Shown: one piece after another, positions 1 through 9,717 of the stretch
Layout: each line of letters begins with the position of its first letter
How positions within the stretch are numbered: the stretch's first letter is position 1
Assembly (NCBI GenBank): GCA_037441385.1
Contig: JBBISH010000068.1
Span: 1-33,964 of the forward strand
Reading direction: 5' to 3'
DNA: 33,964 nucleotides
DNA from: Myxococcales bacterium
Lineage (GTDB): Bacteria; Myxococcota_A; UBA9042
Notes under the pieces: generated by a model
The model's input: the letters and a program-made list of their open reading frames with translations, nothing else
Told to the model about the DNA's origin: nothing
Database searches by the model: none
Translations under genes and position numbers: made by a program

Positions 1-67
1 TCGAAATCGGCGCGGCGAGTCGCTGCAGGCGCTCGCTTGCGCCCCACTTGGGGCTAGAGGCGCGGCC
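1..67. repeat. Repeat family A, copy 1 (cut by window edge)
   Basis: Bases 1-37 are identical to 156-192; similarity to 4282-4347 continues to about 67. Contains hairpins GCGAG-T-CGC/GCG-CTCGC and GCCCC/GGGGC. Confidence 0.85.
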
Positions 68-136
68 AGAAACGACAATTCGAGTTGAATGAGCAGTACT
101 TGGCTGCGTCTCTAGACGTTGGATCGAGGGAGACAT

Positions 137-208
137 TCTCCGCACATCCGAGCCGTCGAAATCGGCGCGGCGAGTCGCTGCAGGCGCTCGCTGGCGCCAT
201 CCTTGGGG
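137..208. repeat. Repeat family A, copy 2
   Basis: Direct repeat of 1-52 at a 155-bp offset, ending just before the fbaA stop; 137-208 also aligns with 4263-4333. Confidence 0.85.
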
Positions 209-214
209 TCATCG

Positions 215-1288
<1,074 letters not shown>

Positions 1289-1406
1289 GGTGTTTGCTCA
1301 CTTCGCGGTTGGAGATTGGGGGCCCGCACCGGACTCCTGCGGGGCAGAAGCGTAGCGAGGATTTGCCATTCCGGGAAGGGGGGCACGGCCGACGGCCGGC
1401 GAGGAT

Positions 1407-1437
1407 GGACTGGAGAATCGCTTGATTTTTCAAGTCC
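1407..1437. promoter_or_regulatory. Imperfect inverted repeat in the divergent fbaA/kinase intergenic region
   Basis: GGACTGGAGAATC-gctt-GATTTTTCAAGTCC; AT-rich in a GC-rich context; function not shown. Confidence 0.3.
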
Positions 1438-1875
1438 TACGCATCCCACCTATTCACGCCTGTACGGCTTCCGGGACCCGCTGCGCAACTGATCAGGAGT
1501 TGAAACACGATCGCCGCAGTGCCGGACCCAGGCGAAGACGACTTGGCGCGGCAGCTCGGCCTCGGCAGCGACCCACGGCCGGGGCGCTGTGGCAGGACCG
1601 CATCTGGCTGGGCGACGGGCTGGGGCAGGTGCTGCGGGCGGACTTTCCCGCGCCATGGCGTTCCCGCGGCAGCATGAAGGGCCCTTGCGGTCTCGCGTTT
1701 GGCGACCAAGGACGGCCCCAGGTGTGCCACGTGCCTTTAGTCAAGAGAAATGCTGGCCTGCGGATTTCCAGCTTGACAGGGGGCTACCTGGATCCCAAGA
1801 CTGGAAGTCGTTGCCTCAAGCCGGCACGACCAACTCCGCCCTGCAGGTGGACCGAATCGCGCCAAATGGAGGACC

Positions 1876-4242
1876 GTGCCCCCCAACTCCCGAGACGAAC
1901 ACGACGCTACCTTTGTGCCCGCGGGCGGTGGGCTCCACTTGAACCGCGAAGCCGTGGAGATCCGTTGGACTGCCGGCGCGCGCATCGCTGGCCGCTACGA
2001 GATTCTGGGCCTATGTGGCAAGGGCGGCATGGGCACGGTCTATCGGGTGCGGGACACGGCCCTGGACGAGATCGTCGCCCTGAAGATCCTCCGCGGCGAT
2101 CAGACCGACGCACCGGCCGCGCGGCAGCGGTTTGTTCAAGAGGCGCGCCTGGCACGCAAGGTCACGCACCGCAACGTGATTCGCACCTTCGATTTGGGCG
2201 AGCATGCCGGCGGGCTCTACCTGACCATGGAGTTTGTCGACGGGATTTCGTTGCGGCAACTAGTGGATAACGAAGGGCGCCTGACGCCCGCCCGTGCGGT
2301 CGAAATGGCGACGGCGGTGGCGGCCGGCGTGGCCGCCGCGCACGAAGTGGGGGTACTGCACCGCGACTTGAAGCCCGACAACGTGCTGATCGGCAGCGAT
2401 GGCCGCATCGCCGTGGCCGATTTTGGCATTGCGCGCTTGCAGTTTGGGCCCTCGACCACGGGCCTGGCCACAACCATCGGCACGCCGGCGTACATGGCCC
2501 CCGAGCAAGTGCAAAGCGGGCCGGTGGATGCGCGCGCCGACGTGTATGCCCTGGGCTGCATCCTGTTCGAGTTGCTGACGGGCGAGCGCGCCTGGCCGGG
2601 CGAGGATCCCTTTGCCGTGGCGCTAGCGCGGCTCCAGAGTCCGCCACCACAACTGCCTGATTTACCAGGAATTTCACAACCGCTGCGGCAGCTGGTCCAC
2701 ACCTGCCTGGCCGTGCAGCGCAATCAGCGACCCGCCAGCGCGGCCGAGGTGGTCCGCGAGCTACGGCGGTGCGCGGCCTTGACCAGCGCCGAGTCGACCG
2801 CCCCGGCAGTGGCCGCCAGTGCCGAGCGCCCAGCGCGTGCCCAAAGCGTGGCCGTGTTGCCGTTGCGCAATGCCGGCCCGGCCGACGATGATGAATTGGC
2901 TCAAGGCCTGAGCGAAGAGCTCGCCGACTCGCTGTCGATCAGCCGCCAGTTGCGCGTACGGCCGTTGGCCACCGTGCGCCAGGCGCTGCGACCCGACCTG
3001 GATCCAGGGGCGATCGGCCGGACCTTGCAGGTCGACGCGGTGGTCGAAGGCAGTATCCGCCGCAACGGCGAGCAGTTGCGCGTGACGGCGCGCGTCATCA
3101 GCACCCACGACGGTTTTCAGCTCTGGGCGCAGCGCTTTGAAGTGGCTCTGGCCCAAGCCCTGTCGGTGGCAGACGCGGTGGCCCAGGCCGTGGCTGCGGC
3201 GTTGAACGCCGACGCCCCCAGTCGCCACGCGACACTCAGCGACCCGGAGCTGCTGCGCGACTATTTGGCGGCCAAGCGGGCCATTCGCACCGGTCTGCCG
3301 GATCAACTGGGCCAGGGCGTGGCGGCGATCGAGCAGATCCTGGTGCGCGTCCCAGACGATCCCGGCTTGCTCGCGACCTATGCCCTTGCCCAGACCAAAC
3401 TGGGCAACGCCGCCGGGCCCGTGGCCAAATTGGCGCTGGACAAGGCCCGGGCGGCCGTGGCCAAGGCGCTCACGCTGGCGCCAGACCATGCCGAAGTCTT
3501 GACAGCGTCGGCCGAGGTCCGCTGGCACTGCCACGACGCCGCGGGCGCCACGCGCGAGCTTTTGCGCGCCGTCCGGCTGGCCCCAAGCTTGGTCCCTGCG
3601 CAAGAGCGTTTGGCGTCGATTCTTTTGGAGTCTGGCCGCCTGGACGAGGCCCGCGTTCGCTACTTGGCGGTGCTGGACCTGGATCCCATGGCCCCGGTGG
3701 ACCCGCGCTTTGGGCTGGTGACAGCCCTTGGGTTGGCGGGGCGTGTCGCAGAGGCGGTAGCGGCCTGCCAGATGCCGGCGGAGCTGCCCTTGGCGGCTCT
3801 GTCGACGCGGTTTTTGCGGTACCGCTTGGTGATGTGGCGCCTGGTGCCGGCCGACCCGCCGCTGGAACTCCCCGAACCAGGGCCGCAGGCGACGGCGATG
3901 GAACGGCGGATTTTCGATATCTTTGGGGCCTACGACCGGTTGTTGACCACGGGCGTACTGTCGCCTGGCGACGAGGCGGCGTTTGCGCAGTTCCGTTTCG
4001 ACGCGCTGACGCCGCGCATGCAGGCGCTGAGCACGTTGCTGCACGCCGAGGCGTTGTTGCACGCTGGCCACACGGCGGCTGCCTTGCAGCGCGTAGAGCA
4101 GGCCGTGGCCGAAGGTCTGGAGGACTTGGCCTGGTTCGATCATTGCCCTCTGCTGTCGGCGGTTCGCAGCGAGGCGCCTTGGCGGAAATTGCGCAGCCAA
4201 GTGGCGGGGCGAGCCGCGGCGGTCTTGGCGGTGCTGGGCTAG
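1876..4242 (+). CDS. Hanks-type Ser/Thr protein kinase with TolB-N/FlgO-like domain and TPR-like C-terminus
   Basis: GKGGMG, VALK, HRDLKPDN, DFG and GTPAYMAPE; then SVAVLPLRN...VEGSIRR...LRVTARVI and Ala/Leu-rich helical repeats; no TM segment seen. GTG start after GGAGGA. Confidence 0.93.
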   Translation: MPPNSRDEHDATFVPAGGGLHLNREAVEIRWTAGARIAGRYEILGLCGKGGMGTVYRVRDTALDEIVALKILRGDQTDAPAARQRFVQEARLARKVTHRNVIRTFDLGEHAGGLYLTMEFVDGISLRQLVDNEGRLTPARAVEMATAVAAGVAAAHEVGVLHRDLKPDNVLIGSDGRIAVADFGIARLQFGPSTTGLATTIGTPAYMAPEQVQSGPVDARADVYALGCILFELLTGERAWPGEDPFAVALARLQSPPPQLPDLPGISQPLRQLVHTCLAVQRNQRPASAAEVVRELRRCAALTSAESTAPAVAASAERPARAQSVAVLPLRNAGPADDDELAQGLSEELADSLSISRQLRVRPLATVRQALRPDLDPGAIGRTLQVDAVVEGSIRRNGEQLRVTARVISTHDGFQLWAQRFEVALAQALSVADAVAQAVAAALNADAPSRHATLSDPELLRDYLAAKRAIRTGLPDQLGQGVAAIEQILVRVPDDPGLLATYALAQTKLGNAAGPVAKLALDKARAAVAKALTLAPDHAEVLTASAEVRWHCHDAAGATRELLRAVRLAPSLVPAQERLASILLESGRLDEARVRYLAVLDLDPMAPVDPRFGLVTALGLAGRVAEAVAACQMPAELPLAALSTRFLRYRLVMWRLVPADPPLELPEPGPQATAMERRIFDIFGAYDRLLTTGVLSPGDEAAFAQFRFDALTPRMQALSTLLHAEALLHAGHTAAALQRVEQAVAEGLEDLAWFDHCPLLSAVRSEAPWRKLRSQVAGRAAAVLAVLG

Positions 4243-4262
4243 AAAGCGAATTAATTTGAGTC

Positions 4263-4347
4263 TCTCCGCGCATGCTGGCCCTCGAACTCGGCACGACGAG
4301 TCGCTGTGGGCGCTCATTTGCGCCCCATTTGGGCTAAGTTCACGACC
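4263..4347. repeat. Repeat family A, diverged copy 3
   Basis: TCTCCGCGCATGCTGGCCCTCGAACTCGGCACGACGAGTCGCTGTGGGCGCTCATTTGCGCCCCATTTGGGCTA aligns with 137-208 and 1-67. Confidence 0.75.
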
Positions 4348-4547
4348 GCATGGGGCAACGGCGGACCCGATTGGCCGGTGGACTCTGCGGACAGGCGCCC
4401 CTGCCGCGGCCGCTGCATCGCCACCGGACCCGGCCCAATGCGCCGTTGCTTGGGAATTGACAACGGCTTTGCGCCACTCCACCCTGGACCTCACCGAGGC
4501 GCCAGCTCGGCTACGTCCCGCACCCCTGCGGCGACCGAGGGCGCGCT

Positions 4548-7500
4548 ATGTTCACCGACCCCGCAAATCCGCTTGCAGGCCCTGGTTGGGTGCCAAATCG
4601 GCTCAACTCGGACCGAACGCCCGCGCGCCTCCTCGGCCTTGAATCGAATTTTCAGCTTAATTCTAACCAGTTGCGCGCGACGCGCCGGAGTCAATCCAGT
4701 GGCGTTCGCGGCGCGTGGGCAGTCTTTGCCGCCCTGGTGCTGGTCGCGTGTGGCCAAGAGCCGGCACCGCCCGCTGGCCAGGCGACGGCGCAACTCGACA
4801 GCACGGCCGGCCTGGATGCCTTGGGCGATGGAACTGGCGCAATGTCGGCCGATTCGGCGGCCGATGCCGATCCCAACATCCCGGACGCGCCGGTCCACGA
4901 CGCCGACGACCCAGCAAGTGCAGATACCGAAAGCGATGTGCCCGTTGGCCCAGACGCCGCCGAGACCGATGCCCTAGACGCCAGCGACGGGGCAGGTGCA
5001 GATGCGCCAGACAGCGGGCCGCCCAGCTGCAGCGGGCCTTGCGACGATGGCAACCCGTGCACACTGGATACGTGCGACAGCAGCGGTAGTTGTGCGTTTG
5101 CCCCGCAAGACGGGGCGAACTGCGAGGATGGCAAGCCCTGCACCGAAGGCGATAGCTGCCAAGACGGTCAGTGCCAACCCGGCCCCTTGGCAGTCAACTG
5201 CGCCTGCCTGACCAAGGCCGATTGCGCCCCGTTCGAGGACGGCAAACTCTGCAACGGGACACTGTATTGCGCGATCACGGCGGGCGGCTCGAGCTGCCAG
5301 GTGGCGCCCAACTCGGCGGTAGTCTGCGGCCCAACCGGCGACCCGTGCAAAGTCAACAGCTGCCAAGAGCCCGCCACGCCCGACGCCAAGCCATCGTGCG
5401 CCGTCGTGGCCGCGCCCGACAAGACGCCCTGCACCGACTACAGCGATTTTACCGTGGGCGACGTGTGCATCAGCGGCGCGTGCCAACCTGGCACCGACGT
5501 AGCGCCCTGCGGCAGCGACGCCGACTGCGCCAAGTACGACGACCAAGACCTGTGCAACGGCACGCAGTTCTGCAACCTGGCCACCGGCAAGTGCCAGGCC
5601 AACCCCAAGACGGTGGTGGTGTGCCCCACCGTGGACAACACGTTCTGCCTCCAGAGCCAGTGCCAGCCCAAGACGGGCCAATGCCAGCTGACCCCCATCC
5701 ACGCCGGCTTGGCCTGCGACGACGGCGACACGTGCACCCAGGGCGAGACCTGCGAAGGCGGTGTCTGCACCTCCACGGCCGGCGCCGACGTGTGCCAATG
5801 CGTGCAAGACAGCGACTGCGCCAAGGCCGAGGACGGCGATCTGTGCAACGGCAAGCTGTTCTGCGACAAAGCAGCGGCGGCGTGCAAGGTCAACCCGGCC
5901 ACCGTGGTCATCTGCCCCACCGCCGACAATACGCAATGCAGCGTCAACACTTGCGACAAGAAGTCGGGGCTGTGCGGCATGGTCGCCCTGCCCGATGGCG
6001 CAACCTGCGACGCCGACGGCACCACCTGCACGCCCAACGACACCTGCCAAACGGGCGAGTGCAAGGCCGCCGCCTCGGTATGTGTGTGCATCAAGGACGC
6101 CGACTGCGCCAACAAAGAGGACGGCAATCCCTGCAACGGCACGCTGTACTGCGACATGGTCACCCACGAGTGCGCGGTCAATCCGGCCACCCTGATCACC
6201 TGCCCGTCGGTCAACGACACCGCGTGCTCGGTGAACCAATGCCAGCCCGCCAGCGGCAAATGCGCCATGACTCCCGTGGCCGCCGGCAGCGCATGCCAAG
6301 ACGCCGACCCGTGCACCGCTGGCGATCAATGCGACGGCAAGGGGGGCTGCAAGGCCGGCGCCAACCTGTGCCAGTGCAAAGACGACGCGGACTGCGCCGC
6401 GCTGGACAACACGGATCTCTGCGACGGCACGCTGATTTGCGACAAGGTCAACTTCCCCTACGCCACCTGCGCCACCAAGCCGGGCAGCGTCTTGGTCGAC
6501 GCCGCGGGCTGCAGCGACGAAAACGCCTGCACCAACGGCGACCTATGCCTGGCCGGCAAGTGCACATCCGGCGCCGCGCTGGACTGCAACGACGGCAACG
6601 TCTGTACCGCCGACTCATGCAGCAGCAGCAAGGGCTGCGTGCACACCGCGGTAGGGGCACCCTGCAGCGACGGCGACGCCTGCACCACCGGCGAAGGCTG
6701 CGTGGCCGGCGCATGCATCGGCGGCAAGCCGGTGACGTGCACCTCGCCAGGCATCTGCAAAGTCGCCGCCTGCAACCCGGTCAGCGGTGCCTGCGACGTC
6801 TCGCCCAGCAGCGCCGGAACAGCCTGCAGCGACGGCCAAAAGTGCACCAGCGCCGACAGTTGCGACGGCAAGGGCAGCTGCAAAGGAACGATGAAGGACT
6901 GCACGGGCCTGGGCGTGGGCTGCACCTACGGCAGCTGCGACGAGGCCACCGTGACCTGCGTCAAGAAGTTCAAGCCAGAAGGCACCTTCTGCGACGACGG
7001 CGTCGCTTGCACTACCGTGGACACCTGCAGCGGCGGCGTCTGCCAGGGGACGGCCAGCGCCTGCGAAGAGGAACGGGTCGACACCGGCCACGTGGCGGCC
7101 AGCAACGGCGCCCCTTCGATTGCCCACGTGGGCCAAGGACGCTTTGTGGTGTCGTGGCGCGGCGCGGCAGCCGGACAAGCGGCAGCTCGTTGGATTTCTT
7201 CCAGTTTGAGCCTAGAGAATGAACTCGTGGGCTTGGCACCCGCCGGGGCCGAGACGCAGAACTGGCCGGGACTGAAGCACACCCTGGCCGCCGACGCCAA
7301 GGGCCAAGTGGTGGCGCTGGCCCACGGCGTCAACAGCCAGATGTGCTCCAAGGTCATGAACTGTACGTCCAAGCTGGGTCCCATCTATGCCCGCAAATTC
7401 GACATCAACGGCGCCCAGGTGGCCGAAGCGGCGCTGCAGACGCTGCAATTCTCGATCACCGTTTCGACGGACTATGCCTCGCTCGGGTCGTGGCTGTCGG

Positions 7501-9434
7501 AGCTGAACTACCAGCCGATGATTCTGCAAGACGGCAGCCTGGCTACGGTTTTTGGCTGGAAGGTAGGCACGCTGCCCGACCTGCCGCAGTGGCCCACGCC
7601 CGCGCCGAGCATCGGCATCAACCTGCTGCCGGCGACCGCATCGCTGCAAGCTGGGGCGGCCAAAAGTATCAATACGTTCAACGCGCAAGTGCACCCAGAC
7701 GAAGGGGATGCGGCGCTGTTGCTGGGATCGTCGGCCGACCGTATCGCCTACGCCTGGATCGACCCTGGCGCATGGGACAACCCGCTCGACTCCGTCTACG
7801 TCCGGGTGGTGGACAAGACCGGGGCCGGCAAGATTGCACCGTTCGTGGTGGCAGCCTGCGGCACCGCCGTGTGCAGCGGACCACAGGTCGCCGCAACGAC
7901 CGACGGCGGTTTTGCCGTGGCCTGGAGTCAAGCGGGCGGCGACGGCAACGGTCTTGGCGTTCGAATCATGGCCTACGACGCGACCGGTGCGGCAAAGTCC
8001 GCGGCGCCTTTGACCGTCAACACGCAGACCATTGGCGATCAGCTGGTGGGCGGCATCGCCGGCCTGAGCAACGGCCAGGTGGTGGTGACGTGGACCGACA
8101 ATGCCGGCCCCATCCTCAAGACGGTGATGGCGCGGCGCCTGGCGGCCACGGGCAAGTCGTGGGCGGCCGCTGCGGCGGTGGTCAATGCGCAAGATGGCGG
8201 GGATCAATTTGCCCCGGCCGTGGCGGGCGACGACGCGGGCGGCTACATGGTGGTGTTCTTGGACGGGGCCGGGCACGTGTGGCGGCGACGCTTTGGTCTC
8301 AGCGACAATGCGCTGCCCGGCGCGATCGAGCGTCCGCTGGCCGCTACCGCCTCCAATGCGCAAGTGGGCGCCAAGCTCGCCGTGCAAGGCCAGTCAATCG
8401 CTGCGGTTTGGGCCGAGACGCCCACCGTGGCGGGCAGTGCCTCCGAGCTGCACATGCGCATCATGGACCAGTCCGGCCAGGACTTGGCGCCCGAGTTCTT
8501 GGTGGACGACCTGAGCCAAAGCCGCACCATCCCTGCGATTGCGGCCAACAGTTCGACCATCGCCGTGGCGTGGCAGGTTGGCGGCGTGGGCTCACAGTTC
8601 CGCACATTCGACAGCACTGGCAAGGCCCTGATCAAGTCGGTCACCCTGGCCGGCACCCCCGGCGCCATGTTGCGGCCCGCCGTGGCCTTTGACGCCGCCG
8701 GGCACTTGCTCGCGGCCTGGCAGAACGGCCCCAGCGGCCAAGAGGACATCCAAGCGGCCGTGTACGATACCGCCGGGACTCTGCTTTCTGCCGTTGCGAC
8801 CGTAAACACCGCTACTACAGGGTCGCAGCTGCGGCCGATGCTGGCGGCGAGCCCGTCGGGCTGGGTGGTGGCGTGGCACGGCCAGAATAGCGACGTCGAC
8901 GGCTACGGGATCGGCATGCGCCGCGTGGGCAGCGACGGCAAAGCGCTGGGCAAAGAGGTCACGGCCAACACCACCACAGGCGGCGATCAAGCGGGCGTGT
9001 GCATGGCCAGCATCGGCAGCGCCCTGTTGGCGTGCTGGCACAGTGCTGACCAGGCGCCGAAGGGCCTGGCGTGGCGCATCCTGTGCCGACCGTTTGACGC
9101 CGACACCCTGGCGCCGCTTGGACCCGAGGCCGCCGTGCCCCTGCCCGTGGCGGCCTCGCGCACCGAATGCGCGCTGACGCCCGCGGGTGCCGATCGCTAT
9201 GCGCTGCTGTTCCGCGGCTGGGGCACCGACATCAGCGGGGCCACCGGCGAACAAGTGGTGCTGGTCAACTTGATGGGGCAACCCCTGGGCCCGCGGCAGC
9301 TGGTCAACCGCATCATGACTGGGGAACAACACGGAGCCACCGCCGCAGGCCTGCCGGGCGGCGCGGTGGCGCTGGGCTGGACGACCACGACCAGCAGCCC
9401 AGCCAGCGTGCGTTGGCGCATCCTGCAGCTTTGA
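4548..9434 (+). CDS. Large Cys-rich lipoprotein with C-terminal beta-propeller-like repeats
   Basis: Lipobox-like AVFAALVLVA-C, D/A/P-rich linker, CDDGNPCTLDTC-type repeats, five ~97-aa Cys modules, then repeats of the form PxVA..GGFxVAW..VNTxTxGDQ. Stop is firm; the start may instead be the in-frame TTG at 4671. Confidence 0.88.
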   Translation: MFTDPANPLAGPGWVPNRLNSDRTPARLLGLESNFQLNSNQLRATRRSQSSGVRGAWAVFAALVLVACGQEPAPPAGQATAQLDSTAGLDALGDGTGAMSADSAADADPNIPDAPVHDADDPASADTESDVPVGPDAAETDALDASDGAGADAPDSGPPSCSGPCDDGNPCTLDTCDSSGSCAFAPQDGANCEDGKPCTEGDSCQDGQCQPGPLAVNCACLTKADCAPFEDGKLCNGTLYCAITAGGSSCQVAPNSAVVCGPTGDPCKVNSCQEPATPDAKPSCAVVAAPDKTPCTDYSDFTVGDVCISGACQPGTDVAPCGSDADCAKYDDQDLCNGTQFCNLATGKCQANPKTVVVCPTVDNTFCLQSQCQPKTGQCQLTPIHAGLACDDGDTCTQGETCEGGVCTSTAGADVCQCVQDSDCAKAEDGDLCNGKLFCDKAAAACKVNPATVVICPTADNTQCSVNTCDKKSGLCGMVALPDGATCDADGTTCTPNDTCQTGECKAAASVCVCIKDADCANKEDGNPCNGTLYCDMVTHECAVNPATLITCPSVNDTACSVNQCQPASGKCAMTPVAAGSACQDADPCTAGDQCDGKGGCKAGANLCQCKDDADCAALDNTDLCDGTLICDKVNFPYATCATKPGSVLVDAAGCSDENACTNGDLCLAGKCTSGAALDCNDGNVCTADSCSSSKGCVHTAVGAPCSDGDACTTGEGCVAGACIGGKPVTCTSPGICKVAACNPVSGACDVSPSSAGTACSDGQKCTSADSCDGKGSCKGTMKDCTGLGVGCTYGSCDEATVTCVKKFKPEGTFCDDGVACTTVDTCSGGVCQGTASACEEERVDTGHVAASNGAPSIAHVGQGRFVVSWRGAAAGQAAARWISSSLSLENELVGLAPAGAETQNWPGLKHTLAADAKGQVVALAHGVNSQMCSKVMNCTSKLGPIYARKFDINGAQVAEAALQTLQFSITVSTDYASLGSWLSELNYQPMILQDGSLATVFGWKVGTLPDLPQWPTPAPSIGINLLPATASLQAGAAKSINTFNAQVHPDEGDAALLLGSSADRIAYAWIDPGAWDNPLDSVYVRVVDKTGAGKIAPFVVAACGTAVCSGPQVAATTDGGFAVAWSQAGGDGNGLGVRIMAYDATGAAKSAAPLTVNTQTIGDQLVGGIAGLSNGQVVVTWTDNAGPILKTVMARRLAATGKSWAAAAAVVNAQDGGDQFAPAVAGDDAGGYMVVFLDGAGHVWRRRFGLSDNALPGAIERPLAATASNAQVGAKLAVQGQSIAAVWAETPTVAGSASELHMRIMDQSGQDLAPEFLVDDLSQSRTIPAIAANSSTIAVAWQVGGVGSQFRTFDSTGKALIKSVTLAGTPGAMLRPAVAFDAAGHLLAAWQNGPSGQEDIQAAVYDTAGTLLSAVATVNTATTGSQLRPMLAASPSGWVVAWHGQNSDVDGYGIGMRRVGSDGKALGKEVTANTTTGGDQAGVCMASIGSALLACWHSADQAPKGLAWRILCRPFDADTLAPLGPEAAVPLPVAASRTECALTPAGADRYALLFRGWGTDISGATGEQVVLVNLMGQPLGPRQLVNRIMTGEQHGATAAGLPGGAVALGWTTTTSSPASVRWRILQL
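4592..4674 (+). repeat. Repeat family B, degenerate copy
   Basis: Collinear with 9587-9669 (TCGGAyCGAA...TCGGsCTyGAAyCG...ATTCT..CCAGTTGC). Confidence 0.65.
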
Positions 9435-9489
9435 CGCGGGATCCGTTGGAACCGGCCAGAAATGTTGATAATTCATCAGATTCAGACGG

Positions 9490-9711
9490 ATACCGGTCCC
9501 GTGCGAATCGGATCGAAAACTCGGGCCATCTTTCGGGCCCGAATCGGAGTCCCCGCCTGATTTTCGCCGGTTGCAGACCGGGTCATACCAGTTCCGTCCG
9601 AATCGGATCGAAAACTCGGGCAATTCTTCGGGCTCGAACCGGGGTCCCCGCCTGATTCTCGCCAGTTGCAGAACGGGTCAGAAAAGCCGTACAGGCGCGA
9701 ATCAGGTGGGG
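9490..9711 (+). repeat. Repeat family B, tandem pair (9490-9584 and 9585-9711)
   Basis: Two direct copies with a 95-bp period between convergent genes; the second carries an extra arm (9691-9711) complementary to 9646-9666. Confidence 0.92.
9646..9711. terminator. Long imperfect hairpin between convergent genes, possible terminator or mRNA stabiliser
   Basis: CCCCGCCTGATTCTCGCCAGT pairs with ACAGGCGCGAATCAGGTGGGG (21-bp stem, 2 mismatches, 1 wobble); no clear U-tract. Confidence 0.35.
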
Positions 9712-9717
9712 TGCGTA

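Noticed and set aside
1422..1745. Possible small gene or pseudogene between fbaA and the kinase (..GALWQDRIWLGDGLGQVLRADF..)
   Set aside because: Only a short protein-like stretch, with no consistent start, stop or recognisable family.
5171..7222. Long Arg-rich alternative-frame ORFs (also 7343-8692, 14239-15507, 16399-17925)
   Set aside because: Frame-shifted readings of GC-rich CDSs with unnatural R/P/Q composition.
9490..9711. CRISPR array
   Set aside because: Units are 95 bp, contiguous and have no unique spacers; no cas genes. The 155-bp-spaced pair at 1-208 also does not fit.
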